Translations under genes and position numbers: made by a program
Shown here: positions 9,933-20,966 of the stretch, one piece after another
Layout: each line of letters opens with the position of its first letter
Numbering within the stretch: the first letter of the stretch is position 1
Assembly: GCA_965262725.1 (NCBI GenBank)
Contig: OZ253555.1
Coordinates: 1 to 64,000, forward strand
Origin: Dehalococcoidia bacterium
Lineage (GTDB): Bacteria; Chloroflexota; Dehalococcoidia; UBA2979
DNA length: 64,000 nt
Reading direction: 5' to 3'
The notes under the pieces: generated by a model
What the model saw: the letters and a program-made list of their open reading frames with translations, nothing else
Database searches by the model: none
What the model was told of the DNA's origin: nothing

Positions 9933-11893
9933 CGGCGCCGCACCTGCAGCCGCAGGCACTGCTGCGCGCGCTCGAGTGCGTGGTGCGCCTCCCGCTCCTG
10001 GCGACCGTGAGCTGGGGCTGCTGCTGGGCGTCACCGAGCACGAGGCGCTGTCTTTGCGCCGGGAGCTGGAGCGGCTCGGGTGGGTGGAGTGGGTCATGCC
10101 GGACTCGGCCCAGATCCAGGCGCGGCGCCGGGCGTTCCTGCGGCCGGAGGCCGTGCCGGAGCTCGCGGCGCTGCTCGGGCGGCCCCGGGAGGAGATCACC
10201 GGGCGCCTCGCCGTCAGGCGCCTCGACGCCGTGGCCGGGATCGCGGCGATGGAGGCGGCGGTGGGGGTGAACGCGCTCCTCGTGGGGCTCGCCCGCGATG
10301 CCGGCGCGCGCGCGGTGTCGCTCGCCGACGCCCGCCGGCTCCCGGCGGATCGGCGCGAGCCGCCCCGCGCCGGCGGGGCAGGCCCGCGGGATCCCGGGCG
10401 GCGTCGCCGCCTACGGCTGCCTGCGGTCGGGCGATCGCGTCGCCCCCTTCTTCGTGGCGTGGGACCGCGCCGGCGCGCCCGCCTGGCACCGGCGGAGCCA
10501 GCTCCGGCGCTGGGCCCGCTTCCGCCTCAGCGGGAACCCCTGGGGCCCCGGCGGCCTCCCGCCCGTCGTGATCGCCGCCGCGGGCGAAGCCGAGCTCGCC
10601 CAGTGGCGCGACGCCGCGATGTGGCGCGAGTCGCGGGCGGGCGAGCCGCTTCAGCTCGTGCTGGCGACGGTGCCGGAGCTCGCCTCCGCCGGCCCGGGCG
10701 GCGCGCTCTGGCGCACGCCGTCGGCCCCCGGGCGCGCCCTCCTCGCCCGGCACCTGAGCTGGCGACCCCGTGAAGCGCTCCCGCCCGCGTCCGCGCCCGT
10801 CGCCTGGCCGGCCCGGGTGACGGCGCTGCCGCGCCGGGAGGCCGCCGCCTCGCCGCCGCTCCGCAGCCGCGGCCGCCTCCTGAGGCGCCGCCGCCTGGGC
10901 GCCCGCTCCGGCCGCGAGCGTGTAGCGCTCGTCTCGCTCGCGACCGACGCGGCGGAGAAGCGCCTCGTGGAGTACGTGGGGCGCAACCCCCTGCTCGATG
11001 AGGAGCAGCTGGCGGTGCTCCTGGAGCTCTCCCCGGCGGCGACGCGCCGCCGCCTCGCGAGGCTCCTCGGGCTCGGGGTGATCGCGGCGGTGTCGCGCCG
11101 CGCGGCCGGCGAGGAGCAGCCGCCTGAGCGCTTCCTGCTCTTGACGCCGGGTCTGCGCTGGCTCGCCGCCCGTGACCGCGTGCCGTTCTCCCTCTATGCC
11201 CGGCACGGCGCCGCGATCGCCCTCTCGGGGAGCGACGGCACGCGGCTCACGCGGCCCACGCGCGCCTACCGCGACTTCGATCACACGCTGGGCCTGAACC
11301 GCGCCCTGGTCCGCTTCGCCGTCGACGCGCGGGCGACGGGCGCCCGGCTTCAGGCCTGGCATCCCGAGGCGGCCTCGGAGCGGCGGTTCGTGCTCGCCGA
11401 TGGTCGCAGCGCCCGCATCTGCCCGGACGGCGTGGGCGTGCTGGTGCGCGGAGCCGAGACCTGCTCCTTCCTCTTCGAGTACGACCGCGGCACGATGGAC
11501 GTCGTCCACTACCGGCAGAAGCTGGCGGGCTACCGGGCGTACTTCGCGCTGGAGCGGTGGCGGGCCGACTTCCCGAGCAGACCGCTGCTCCTCTTCGCCT
11601 GCGCTCGCTACCGGTCGGAGGCGACCGTGATGCGCGCGGCGGCGCTGTGGAGCCCGGGGCAGGAGCTGCTGCTCGCGCCCGAGTGGCGCTACGGGCACGG
11701 CCGGGAGGGCGGGATCCTGGGGCCTGTCTGGCGCCGGAACACGGGGCCCGATCTCCGCGGCACGCTCTTCCAGTGGAACGCGGTGATCGGCGGGCAGGCC
11801 GGGAACGGATCCGGCGGCGGCTCGCCTCCACCGATCCGCACACCGCTTGAGCCGGGCACCGGTGCGGGCGTTCGCGCCGCCGTGTCCGGTTAG
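9929..11893 (+). pseudogene. Replication-relaxation (Replic_Relax) family protein with two tandem domains, frameshifted at ~10000 and ~10380
   Basis: C-terminal domain has wHTH + DHTLGLN...ICPDGVG...FLFEYDRGT...KLAGY. N-terminal copy is degenerate (AYG...FFVAWDRAG). GTGA overlap with the coupling protein gene. Confidence 0.75.
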
Positions 11894-12962
11894 GGGTTCT
11901 CTGAACAGGTCGCCACGGCGCTCGATTGCCATCCGGTCACCGTCGGCAAGTGGCGCCGGCGCTTTGCACAGTGGCGGCTCGATGGGCTACAGGATGAGCC
12001 GCGCCCCGGGGCGCCGCGCACGATCACCGATGCACAGGTGGAAGCGGTGATCGTCACGACGCTGGAGGAGCAGCCTCCCAACGCGACGCACTGGTCGACC
12101 AGATCGATGGCAGCCGCGCTCGGGATGTCGCAGTCGGGGATCTCCAGGATCTGGCGCGCCTTCGGCCTGAAGCCGCGCCTCGTGGAGAGCTTCAAGCTGT
12201 CGCCCGACCCGCAGTTCATCGACAAGGTCCGTGACGTGGCCGGGCTCTATCTCAACCCGCCCGACGCGGCGGTTGTGCTGTGCGTGGACGAGAAGACCCA
12301 GATCCAGGCACTCGACCGCACCGCTCAGACGGTGCCGATGATGCCCGGCGTCCCCGCCCGCCAGACGCACGACTACATCCGTCACGGCACGACGAACCTC
12401 TACGCGGCGCTCGATGTCGCTTCGGGATGCGTGATCACGGAGATGACCCCCCGGCACCGGGCTCGGGAGTTCCAGCAGTTCCTCACCCTCATCGACCGCA
12501 GCGTTCCCCGTGAGCTGGCGGTGCATGTCGTGCTCGACAACGTCTCCACGCACCGCACGCCCGCCATCCAGCGCTGGCTCCAGCGCCATCCCCGCTTCAC
12601 CTTGCATTTCACGCCGACCTACAGCTCCTGGATGAACCTCGTGGAGCGCTGGTTTGCAGAGCTCACCAGCAAGTGGCTCCGGCGCGGCACGCACCACAGC
12701 GTCCCTGATCTGATCCGCTCAGTGGAGATGTGGGTCGCCAGCTGGAACGAGAATCCGAGGCCCTTCATCTGGCACAAGACCGCGGACCAGATCCTGGAGT
12801 AGGGTCAGGGGCTGGCGCGGTGCGAGCCGTAGGCGGTGGCGCATATTGCCAGGCCGGTTTCCCGGTGGCGCCCATCTCCACAGCCGTAGCATCGTCCGTC
12901 TCCAGCCCCTGCCGCCTCGAACCGGACGTGAGGTTTTCCCTCATCCGGCTCACCGATGCCCT

Positions 12963-15183
12963 TCACCGGGCGGCATGCGGGGTGCCCCGCCACGGTCGAT
13001 ATGGCCGTGGTGCCACGACGCGCTGTCCAGCTAGCGAGATGAGCCCCAGACGGTCGGCGACGGGAAACGGGTGCCCGCGATGGCGTCGCCGCCAACGCAA
13101 CCGCTTCCCCAGCCAGAGTTTGAGTCTCCACATGGCAAACCAGTGCAGGACGTCGAACGCCCTCGCCGAGTTGCCGTAGCGGAAGTAGCTCATCCAGCCG
13201 CGGAGGTAGCGATTGACTTCCTCCACGACCTGCCGGGGACTCAGCAGCAGACGCAACCGCGCCGTGATTTCACGGATGCGGTCCCGCGCCCGCTGCATCG
13301 CTCGCCGTGAGGGCCAGCGTGCGAGGAACTGGATATTCTTGTTGCGCTTCGCACGTACCCAGCGATGCTCGAAGCCGAGGAACTCCAGCCCCTCGCCTCC
13401 CTCCCGCAGGTGCACGATGCGCGTCTTCTCCGCCTTGAGCTCCAGTCCGAGCTCACCCAGCAGGTCACGCAGCAGGGCCAACGCCCGCTCCGCTTCCTCC
13501 CGGCTCCGGCAGAGCACCACGAGGTCATCCGCATAGCGCACCAGCACGCCATCACCCTTCGCCTCCCAGTCCCGGTCCAACCGGTGCAGGTAGACATTGG
13601 CCAGCAGCGGGGACATCACCCCGCCCTGCGGCGTACCCGTCGCGCTGTGCTGCACGACCCCCGACTCCATCACACCGGCACGCAGCATCGCCCGTACCAG
13701 CTTCAGGAGATTGCGGTCGCATATCCGTTCCTCGACGGCCGTCATCAGACGGTCGTGTAGGGTCAGGGGCTGGCGCGGTGCGAGCCGTAGGCGGTGGCGC
13801 ATCAGTTCCAAGCCGGTTTCCCGGTGGTGCCCAACTCCACGGCCATAGCAGCGTCCGTCTCCAGCCCCTGCCACATCGAACCGGACGTGAGGTTCTCCCT
13901 CATCCGGCTCACCGATGCCCTTCACCAGATGGCATGCAGCGCTCCCCACAACGTGGGTCGTGCCTTGGCCAGCCGGTACAGCATGTGCGGAGAGCCTCGA
14001 ACCCTACCAAGTGGTTGCTAGCCCCGAGGGGCACTCACCAGTCCACACCCCCAGCAACATGCACGGACAAAGTAGGGGTCCTTCCCATCACCGGCGGTTA
14101 TGTTGTCCGTCCGGCTCCAGCGGTACTACGACCCCCTCCGCCACCCTTCCGGCTGGCTGTCCACTTCCCGGCTCTGACCGGTTATAGGACGCCTCGCTCC
14201 GACGCCCTCTCACAGGGTGCCGGGCCGGGGAGGGCTTCTCCGGTTCCCGTCGCTACCTTCCGTACGTTCCACGTCCCATACGCCGGGAGGTTTCTTGAGG
14301 CTGCATTCCAGGATCTTCACCTCGTCCATGGCCTTCGCCCTGACCACCCGGGCTCGGCTCCTCCTTGGTCCTGTCAATAGACAGGCGAGTCTCACGGCGC
14401 GGCAGACTTCGCGTCATGCTGCGGACCGCACGTTTGCTCCCCCTCATAGGGCTCTTGACGTCGGGCTTCGACGCAGACCGTTTCCCGTCCACGCCGCCGA
14501 CCTGCTAACGGGCCTCCTGACAGTTACCCGTGCCGGACTCTCACCGGCTGGCAGCAACGAGCATGTCTCCGGACCGGTCACGTCATCACGTCACCACCCC
14601 TTCGACTTCCGGACGCACGCGGTATCGACTCGAAACACGAGGCGATGTCCGTCTCCACTACCCACCGCCTGCCCCGCCACGCCTCGTCAATGAGGACCTG
14701 CAGGGCGTCATGGGCCGAACGCTTCGGGCGGAAGCCGAAGCTGCATGGCAGGAAGTCGGCCTCGAAGACCGGCTCCGTCACGAGCTTCAGCGACGCCTGC
14801 ACGATGCGGTCGCGGACCGAAGGAATCGAGAGCGGGCGCTCTTCCGACCGACCGGGCTTGGGTATCCAGACCCGGCGGCTCGGCTGCACCCGGTATCTTC
14901 CCTCCTTCAGTTCCGTGGCCAGTTCATCCAGCAGGCGCTCCACGCCGTAGCGCTCGACCTCGGCGAGCGTGACGCCGTCGATACCGGCTGCGCCGCGATT
15001 GCGACGCACCTGCTCCCACGCGCGCTCCAGAATGTCTCTGCGATAAACCTTGTCGTAGAGCGCATGAAAGCGTCTATTGGGGTCGGCCTTGGCCGCCCGG
15101 TAAAGCGTGCGTTGTAGTGTTCGGACCTTGTCTTGGATGGAGTTAGCCGCTTGGGCACTCACCGATTCATCCCTACTCCCCAC
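12963..15183 (-). CDS. ltrA: Group II intron reverse transcriptase/maturase, join(15183-14619, 13756-12963), ~452 aa, no endonuclease domain
   Basis: GAAGIDG, RPLSIPSVRDR, SFGFRP, GTPQGGVMSPLLAN, YADD, FLG, GWMSYF. Spliced junction reads DIASCFESIP-H-DRLM. Confidence 0.92.
13757..14618 (-). ncRNA. ORF-less group II intron (inner, 862 nt)
   Basis: Starts GTGCG, ends CCCTAC, has domain V, is homologous to the outer intron RNA, and has only a short sequence in place of the RT ORF. Confidence 0.92.
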
Positions 15184-16162
15184 GCGTGAGCAAAGCAGGG
15201 GTCCTTCCCATCACCGGCGGTTGTGTTGTCCGTCCGGCTCAAGCGGTACTACGACCCCCTCCGTCACCCTTCCGGCTAGCTGCCCACTTCCCGGCTTTGA
15301 CCGGTTATAGGGCACCTCGCTCCGACACCATCTCGCAGGGTGCCGGGCCGGGGAGGGCTTCTCCCGTTCCCGTCGCTACCTTCCAAACGTTCCACGCCCC
15401 TTACGCCGGGAGGTTCCTTGAGGCTGCAGCGCAACGCGCATTCAGGATCTTCACCTCGTCCATGGCCTTCGCCCTGAATTGCCGGGCTCGGCTCCTCCAC
15501 TATCCGTTAACGACGCGGCAGGCTTCGCTTGATGCTGCGGACCGCTTGGTTGCTCCCCCTGATAGGGCTCTTGACGTCGGGCTTCGACGTGGACCGTTTC
15601 CCGTCCGCGCCGCCGACCTGCTAACGGGCCTCCTGACAGTTACCCGTGCCGGACTCGCACCGGCTGGCAACGACGAGCATGTCTCCAGACCGGTTACGTC
15701 ATCACGTCACCCGCCCTTCGACTTCGGGACACACCAACCTCGCCGGATATCTAGAGCGCATCCCTGACTCGGGACACTAGCACCACTCTGGGCTGGGCAG
15801 GGCGATTGGCTGCGATCTGAGGACGGGAAAGCGGGGCTGGACTCGCTGGACGTCCAAAAGGTTCGGGCGAACCCGAGCGCCCCGTGGACCTCGAACCGTT
15901 GAGGCCATCTACGGATCTTGCGGCATCGCCTCCTTCAGTCGAAAACCGTCACGCCGGGCGGCTGCTGCCGTCGGCCGTGGTGCCCTGGGCAAAGGGACGG
16001 CCCGGTACCGGCTTCTTCGATTTGGCCAGCGACTTGGGTCTCGACGCTGTGCAGGCCCCCAGTCTGCGAGGGCGGTCACTCGCCATAGCGTCACTTTGCA
16101 CCCTTCCTCCCCTTGGGTAGGCTGGTCGGCGGGTTCAGCGCGAATCTGGCGGTGTGTGGACC

Positions 16163-16324
16163 ATGAACGATGTCTTCTTGCTAGGTGCCGGCTTCTCCAA
16201 GGCCATCGCCAAGGCGATGCCGACGATGCGGGAACTGTATGCCGAGCTTGAGGGCCTGATAGGTCCCGCCGATGGCTTAGCCGCAGGCACTCCCGCTCCA
16301 GGATGTTGTCGTGAACCCACCTGA
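16163..16324 (+). pseudogene. 5' stub of a SIR2-like defence protein
   Basis: MNDVFLLGAGFSKAIAKAMPTMREL (SIR2 GAGxS motif); stops after 53 codons. Confidence 0.6.
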
Positions 16325-16594
16325 GAGAAAAATCGCGTTCAAGGTCGAGTTGTCGCGGATCCTCGAACTCCTCGCCGTCATCGGCGGCTTCCAGACCCCG
16401 ATGGGGACGCCGGCATCACGCATGGCCCGGGCGAGATCGTACGTCTTGAGGACGAGGTCGCCGGGGCAGCGCTGGGAGCAAAAAGAGCGCTGTCAGCGGC
16501 TCGTCGAGCAGGCTCAGCGTGCCCACGTGCGCCGTCCCCGGCGCCAGCCGGGGGGTGGGACGTGCGGGGTCATCGCGGAGCTGAGAGCGCGCCT

Positions 16595-16963
16595 TCATAT
16601 CGGCAGCACTCGGACCCGGCTCCGGCCTTCGTCGACCACGACAAGGGCTCCAGACAACAGGTCTTCCTCATGCTGACCCAGCGCGGCTACGACCGCGGCG
16701 CCCAGGTGGTCGGGCAGGACGTTCTCGGCTCGGACCTGAAGCACGCTCGGGCCGGCTTCGTGCGAGAGCGCGAGCATGGTGCCGAAGTCGAGGTCGTGGG
16801 TGAACACGACGTATTGGTTGGCGGCCGCCCAGTCCATCATCTCCCTGTCGGGGGCTCGTGGGTTGCCGACAGTGGACCAGTGCACAGCCTCCCAACCCTG
16901 CTCTCGCAGCATTGGCACCCACTCGGGCGACAGGTTCATGTCGAGGAGGAGCTTCAGCCTCAC
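16595..16963 (-). CDS. DUF5615 PIN-like toxin
   Basis: LLLDMNLS...HW...DRE...VFTHDLDFG. Confidence 0.88.
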   Translation of the reverse strand: MRLKLLLDMNLSPEWVPMLREQGWEAVHWSTVGNPRAPDREMMDWAAANQYVVFTHDLDFGTMLALSHEAGPSVLQVRAENVLPDHLGAAVVAALGQHEEDLLSGALVVVDEGRSRVRVLPI

Positions 16964-17199
16964 GGCGTCGAGAGGGGGACCTCGTGTTCCTCCAGCCTCC
17001 AGGCTGCGTAGGCCAAGGCCTGGTCGATGTCCTCCCGTTCAAGGTAGGGATAGGCACCAAGGATTTCCGCGGGCGAGCGGCTGGCCGCCAGCAGGCCGAC
17101 CACGGTCCCCACGGTTACCCGCAGCCCGCGTATGCAGGCCTTACCGCCCATGACCTCGGGATCGATGGTGATCCTGTCCAACGTCTTCATGGTCATCAC
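16960..17199 (-). CDS. DUF433 antitoxin
   Basis: RITIDPEVMGGKACIRGLRVTV...YPYLEREDI. Confidence 0.92.
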   Translation of the reverse strand: MMTMKTLDRITIDPEVMGGKACIRGLRVTVGTVVGLLAASRSPAEILGAYPYLEREDIDQALAYAAWRLEEHEVPLSTP

Positions 17200-17569
17200 C
17201 TCTCAATGCTGAGGCGTGAACGCGGCCGAGCGGATACTCCGGCCCACCGGGAGATCGGAATGGTCGGGCTGCACCCCCGACCGTGTCTGCTTGCAGGACA
17301 GCTAGTCAACTCGACGACGCCAGTGTACCGCCCGGTAGGATAGGCGTGGCGCAAGGGCAGGATCACCTCTTCTCGCATGCGCTGGCGAGTTCAGGTGACT
17401 CGGCGTCGGGGCCGCCCGGTGCTAATCTGAGTGAGGCAACCTACGTTCGCCCGCTGCGGACAGTAGCAGCGTACCGAGGGGTTTCTCGTGGCCCAGCGAT
17501 TCAGTGCTCTCGAGTGGGAGAGAATCCATCAACTGATGGATGCCCACGGTAGTCAGTTCGGTCACGCCC

Positions 17570-17745
17570 GGGTCGCCGGTACGGCGACCATCGCCTGCAT
17601 CCCCAGCGGAGGGAGCAGCGATGGCCTACCGGGAGGTACACGGGGTGGAGATCAGGGAAGTCATCCGCCGCTGGCAGGCGGGGCTCAGCCAGCGCCGCAT
17701 CGCCAGCGGCACGGGGCAATCGCGCGTGACGGTGCGCCGCTACGA
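17570..17745 (+). pseudogene. IS21 istA 5' remnant
   Basis: Near-identical to the start of istA at 6620 (MAYREVHGVEIREVIRRWQAG) including its leader. Confidence 0.85.
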
Positions 17746-18008
17746 GCGGCCTGCCGGGGAGCGGCCATTGCGGTCAGGCCGGCGGCGCTCACCGCCGTGT
17801 AGGGGCCGGCCGGGGCCTCGAGGCGGGCGAGGGAACTCAGGCCCCAGCAGTGCACGACGGAGCGGGATCCGGACACCGTCCCTCCGTCGTCCCCACCGGT
17901 GCCCATCTCGGCCGGCACAGAGGCCACGGCGCGATCCTTCTCGTGACCGGAACGCCTAGGCTCCATGGAGCCACCTGAGGGCGTGCCCGGCAGGGTCGGG
18001 GTGCCGTC

Positions 18009-19985
18009 TTGACACGCAGCGCGATCTGTCGCCACGTCTCGGAGCGAGGCGACCCCGGGTCTCTGCACCGCTCCGCGCTGGGCTCTCACGGGCGCGCTGC
18101 GCTGCTCCTGGGCGCCCTCGTCCTGGCGTCCGCCTGCACGAGCGGCGGCGAGGCCGTGCCGTCCGTGACTCCCGGACCGGCGACTCCGACGGCCGCGACC
18201 GCACCGTCCCCGGCCACGCCCGCACCGACGCCGACACCCGCGACCGCACCGTCCGCGACGGCCGCGACCGCACCGACACCGGCGCCCGCGCCTGCACCGC
18301 CCCCGACGGCCACGCCCGCACCGGCGCCGACGCCCGCGCCTGCACCGCCCCCGACGGCCACGCCCGCACCGACGCCGACGCCGGATCCGGGCACGACCCT
18401 CCTGGATGTGCCTCCCGGTCGCTTCGCCTCGGTGAGACTCGGATGGACCCACGCCTGCGCGCTCACAGAGGCGGGAGAGGCGGTCTGCTGGGGGAGCAAC
18501 TCCTCCGGGCAAACGGACGTGCCCGCAGGACGCTATGTCGATATCGGCGTGACGTACGCCGGTACATGCGCCCTGACAGGGTCGGGCGAGGCGGTCTGCT
18601 GGGGCAAGGACCCGTATTCGGTGCAACCGCCCACAGGCCGCTACGTCGCCATCGCGTCGGCTCCCACCTTCCATTGCGCGCTGACCGGGGAGGGCGGGAC
18701 GGACTGCTGGGGCGAGCGGTGGTTGAACTCGCGGCATGAGGCGGGGGCAGGCGCCACCATCGACGTCGGCTATCACGGCACCAACGCGTGGTTTGGCGCG
18801 AACATGTGCTCGCTCACCGACGCGGGCGAGGTCTCCTGCTCGGATCGCTCTCCGGAGGGGCAGACATCGAATGTCCCGCCCGGGCGCTACAGGTCGATCA
18901 GCGCGGGGGGCTCCCACACGTGCGCGGTCACGGAGGCGGGAGAGGCGGTGTGTTGGGGCGATTACCGCCAGAGCCCGCCTCCGCCCGGGCGCTACACGTC
19001 CATCAGCACCTGGTCAGGGCATCGCGAGTACCACACCTGCGCGCTGACCGACTCCGGGAAGGCGGTGTGCTGGGGCAACCTCCGCACCGTGCTCACCCCG
19101 CCGGACCCCGGGCCGGGTGGCTACACCGTGATCGATGTATCCATGGGGCGCGCCTGTGCGCTGACCGGGGCGGGGGAGGTGGTCTGTTGGGAGGCGCAAC
19201 GGAAGGTCTTCGCGACGCCGGACCCGGCGCCCGACCGGTTCGTGGCCGTGGGCGGCACCGACACGCACACGTGCGCCCTCACTGACTCGGGGAGGCTCGA
19301 GTGCTGGGGCCTCAACTTCTCCGGGGAGCTCGACCCTCCGCCGGGCACCTACACATCCATCGGGCCCCGCGGCATGTGCGCGCTCACCGACGCCGGCGAG
19401 GCGGTCTGCTGGGCGCCCGCCCACTCCGGGGCGGTGCCGCTCCGGCCCGGTCCCTACGTCGCCGTCAGCGGAGGGTGGGGGCACCGCTGCGCGCTCACGG
19501 CGGCGGGGGAGGCGGTGTGCTGGGACCTCTCGGGGGAGACCGAGGTGCCGCCGGGTCGCTACGCAGCGATCGGCACCGGCTGGCGCTATGCGTGCGCCCT
19601 TACGGATTCGGGCGGAGCGGTGTGCTGGGGGGACGACGAGTACGGCGAGGCTCCCCCGCCCGGGGACCGCTACAGGTCCCTGAGCGTCGGTGGTCAACAC
19701 AGCTGCGCGCTCACGGACGGGGGCGAGGTCCACTGCTGGGGCCTGAACCACGTCGGCCAGGCGAGTGCGCCGCCGGGCCGCTACACCGCGGTCTCGGTCG
19801 GAGGGAGCAGGAGCTGCGCGCTGACCGAGGGGGGAGAGGTGGTCTGCTGGGGTGCGGGATGGCCTCCGCCACCGGGACAGTACGTGGCGCTGAGCACGAA
19901 TGAGCGACGCATCTGCGCCGTGACCGAGGGTGGGGAGGTCGTCTGCTCGGGCGACGACGAGTACCGGGAGCCGGACGTCCACTGA
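18009..19985 (+). CDS. RCC1-like repeat lipoprotein with a Pro/Thr/Ala linker
   Basis: Lipobox LASAC, PTPAPAP linker, ~14 HTCALT..GEAVCWG repeats. True start uncertain. Confidence 0.88.
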   Translation: MTRSAICRHVSERGDPGSLHRSALGSHGRAALLLGALVLASACTSGGEAVPSVTPGPATPTAATAPSPATPAPTPTPATAPSATAATAPTPAPAPAPPPTATPAPAPTPAPAPPPTATPAPTPTPDPGTTLLDVPPGRFASVRLGWTHACALTEAGEAVCWGSNSSGQTDVPAGRYVDIGVTYAGTCALTGSGEAVCWGKDPYSVQPPTGRYVAIASAPTFHCALTGEGGTDCWGERWLNSRHEAGAGATIDVGYHGTNAWFGANMCSLTDAGEVSCSDRSPEGQTSNVPPGRYRSISAGGSHTCAVTEAGEAVCWGDYRQSPPPPGRYTSISTWSGHREYHTCALTDSGKAVCWGNLRTVLTPPDPGPGGYTVIDVSMGRACALTGAGEVVCWEAQRKVFATPDPAPDRFVAVGGTDTHTCALTDSGRLECWGLNFSGELDPPPGTYTSIGPRGMCALTDAGEAVCWAPAHSGAVPLRPGPYVAVSGGWGHRCALTAAGEAVCWDLSGETEVPPGRYAAIGTGWRYACALTDSGGAVCWGDDEYGEAPPPGDRYRSLSVGGQHSCALTDGGEVHCWGLNHVGQASAPPGRYTAVSVGGSRSCALTEGGEVVCWGAGWPPPPGQYVALSTNERRICAVTEGGEVVCSGDDEYREPDVH

Positions 19986-20183
19986 CTCCGTCTGCGGCTG
20001 ACCACGTTGCAAGTCTTCCTCGCGGCACTCCGGGACTTCTGCCGAGAGCAGGACAGTGAGGACCTCGCGGACGAGTGCAATGCTTTCACCTTCAACCGCG
20101 GCATGATGGCGCGCCCGGTGGGAATGACAACTCCGTTTGGCCCCACTTGATCCTTCGAAGTGGCCCCACCCCCGGGGCCGCGA

Positions 20184-20966
20184 TCAAGTGGTCGATGCAC
20201 CCCCCTTCGCGGCGGAGGTGACCCGCAGACGGTAGGACTCGCTGCCGGTCTCGATGATGTGTGCGCGGAAGGTCAGCCGGTCGACGACGGCGGCGGCGAG
20301 CCGGGGGTCGGCGAAGGTCTGGCCCCACTCCGAGAAGGGGGCGTTGGAGGCGACCGCCACCGAGGCCCGCTCCTCGCGCTCCGTCAGCACCTGGAAGAGC
20401 AGTTCCGCCCCCCGGCGATCGAGCTGCAGGTAGCCCAGCTCGTCCAGGCACAGCAGGTCGAGCCGCCCGTAGCGGGCGACCAGGCGCGAGAGCACGCGCT
20501 CGTCCGAGGCCTCGGCGAGCTCGTTCACCAGCTGTGCCGCCGTCGTGTAGCGCACGCGCAGCCCGCGCTGGCAGGCGGCCAGGCCGAGGCCGATCAGCAG
20601 GTGCGACTTGCCGGTGCCGCTGTCGCCGAGCAGCACCACGGGCTCGCCCCGCTCCACCCACTCGCAGCGCTCGAGCGCGGCGAGCAGCGCCGGGTCGACC
20701 GTCGGCGCCGCCGCCAGGTCGAAGTCCGCCAGGTGCTTGAGCCGGGGGAAGCGCGCCTCGGCGGTGCGGCGCTCGCGGCGGCGCGCCTCGCGGTCCTCGA
20801 GCTCGGCCGAGAGCAGCTCGCCGAGGTAGGCGAGGTGGCTCAGGCGGTCGCGCAGCGCCGCCTCGGCGAGGGGACCCGCCTGCTCGCGCACGGTGGGAAG
20901 GCGCAGCGCGCGGCTCGTCGCCTCGACCGCCAGCGCCGCCGCCTGTTCGGTGACCGGAGCCCTCAT
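20184..20966 (-). CDS. istB: IS21 helper ATPase
   Basis: GDSGTGKS, CLDELGY, VDRLTF...ETGSESYR. Confidence 0.95.
   Translation of the reverse strand: MRAPVTEQAAALAVEATSRALRLPTVREQAGPLAEAALRDRLSHLAYLGELLSAELEDREARRRERRTAEARFPRLKHLADFDLAAAPTVDPALLAALERCEWVERGEPVVLLGDSGTGKSHLLIGLGLAACQRGLRVRYTTAAQLVNELAEASDERVLSRLVARYGRLDLLCLDELGYLQLDRRGAELLFQVLTEREERASVAVASNAPFSEWGQTFADPRLAAAVVDRLTFRAHIIETGSESYRLRVTSAAKGGASTT

Larger units (their letters stand above)
12799..15734 (-). mobile_element. Group II intron (outer, RT-encoding)
   Basis: Minus strand starts GTGTG (15734) and ends CCCTAC (12799); domain V GAGCCGGATGAGGGAAAACCTCACGTCCGGTTC; exons rejoin in frame. Confidence 0.93.
11894..15780 (+). mobile_element. 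IS630-family transposase, 5'-truncated and interrupted by a group II twintron
   Basis: CVDEK, VLDN and NLVERWF motifs. Removing 12799-15734 restores ...KTADQILD-NLAGYLERIPDSGH* ending in the TAG at 15778-15780. Confidence 0.9.

Noticed and set aside
12963-15183. RT as a retron, DGR or CRISPR-associated RT
   Set aside because: It lies within clear group II intron boundaries with domain V, and the exons rejoin exactly.
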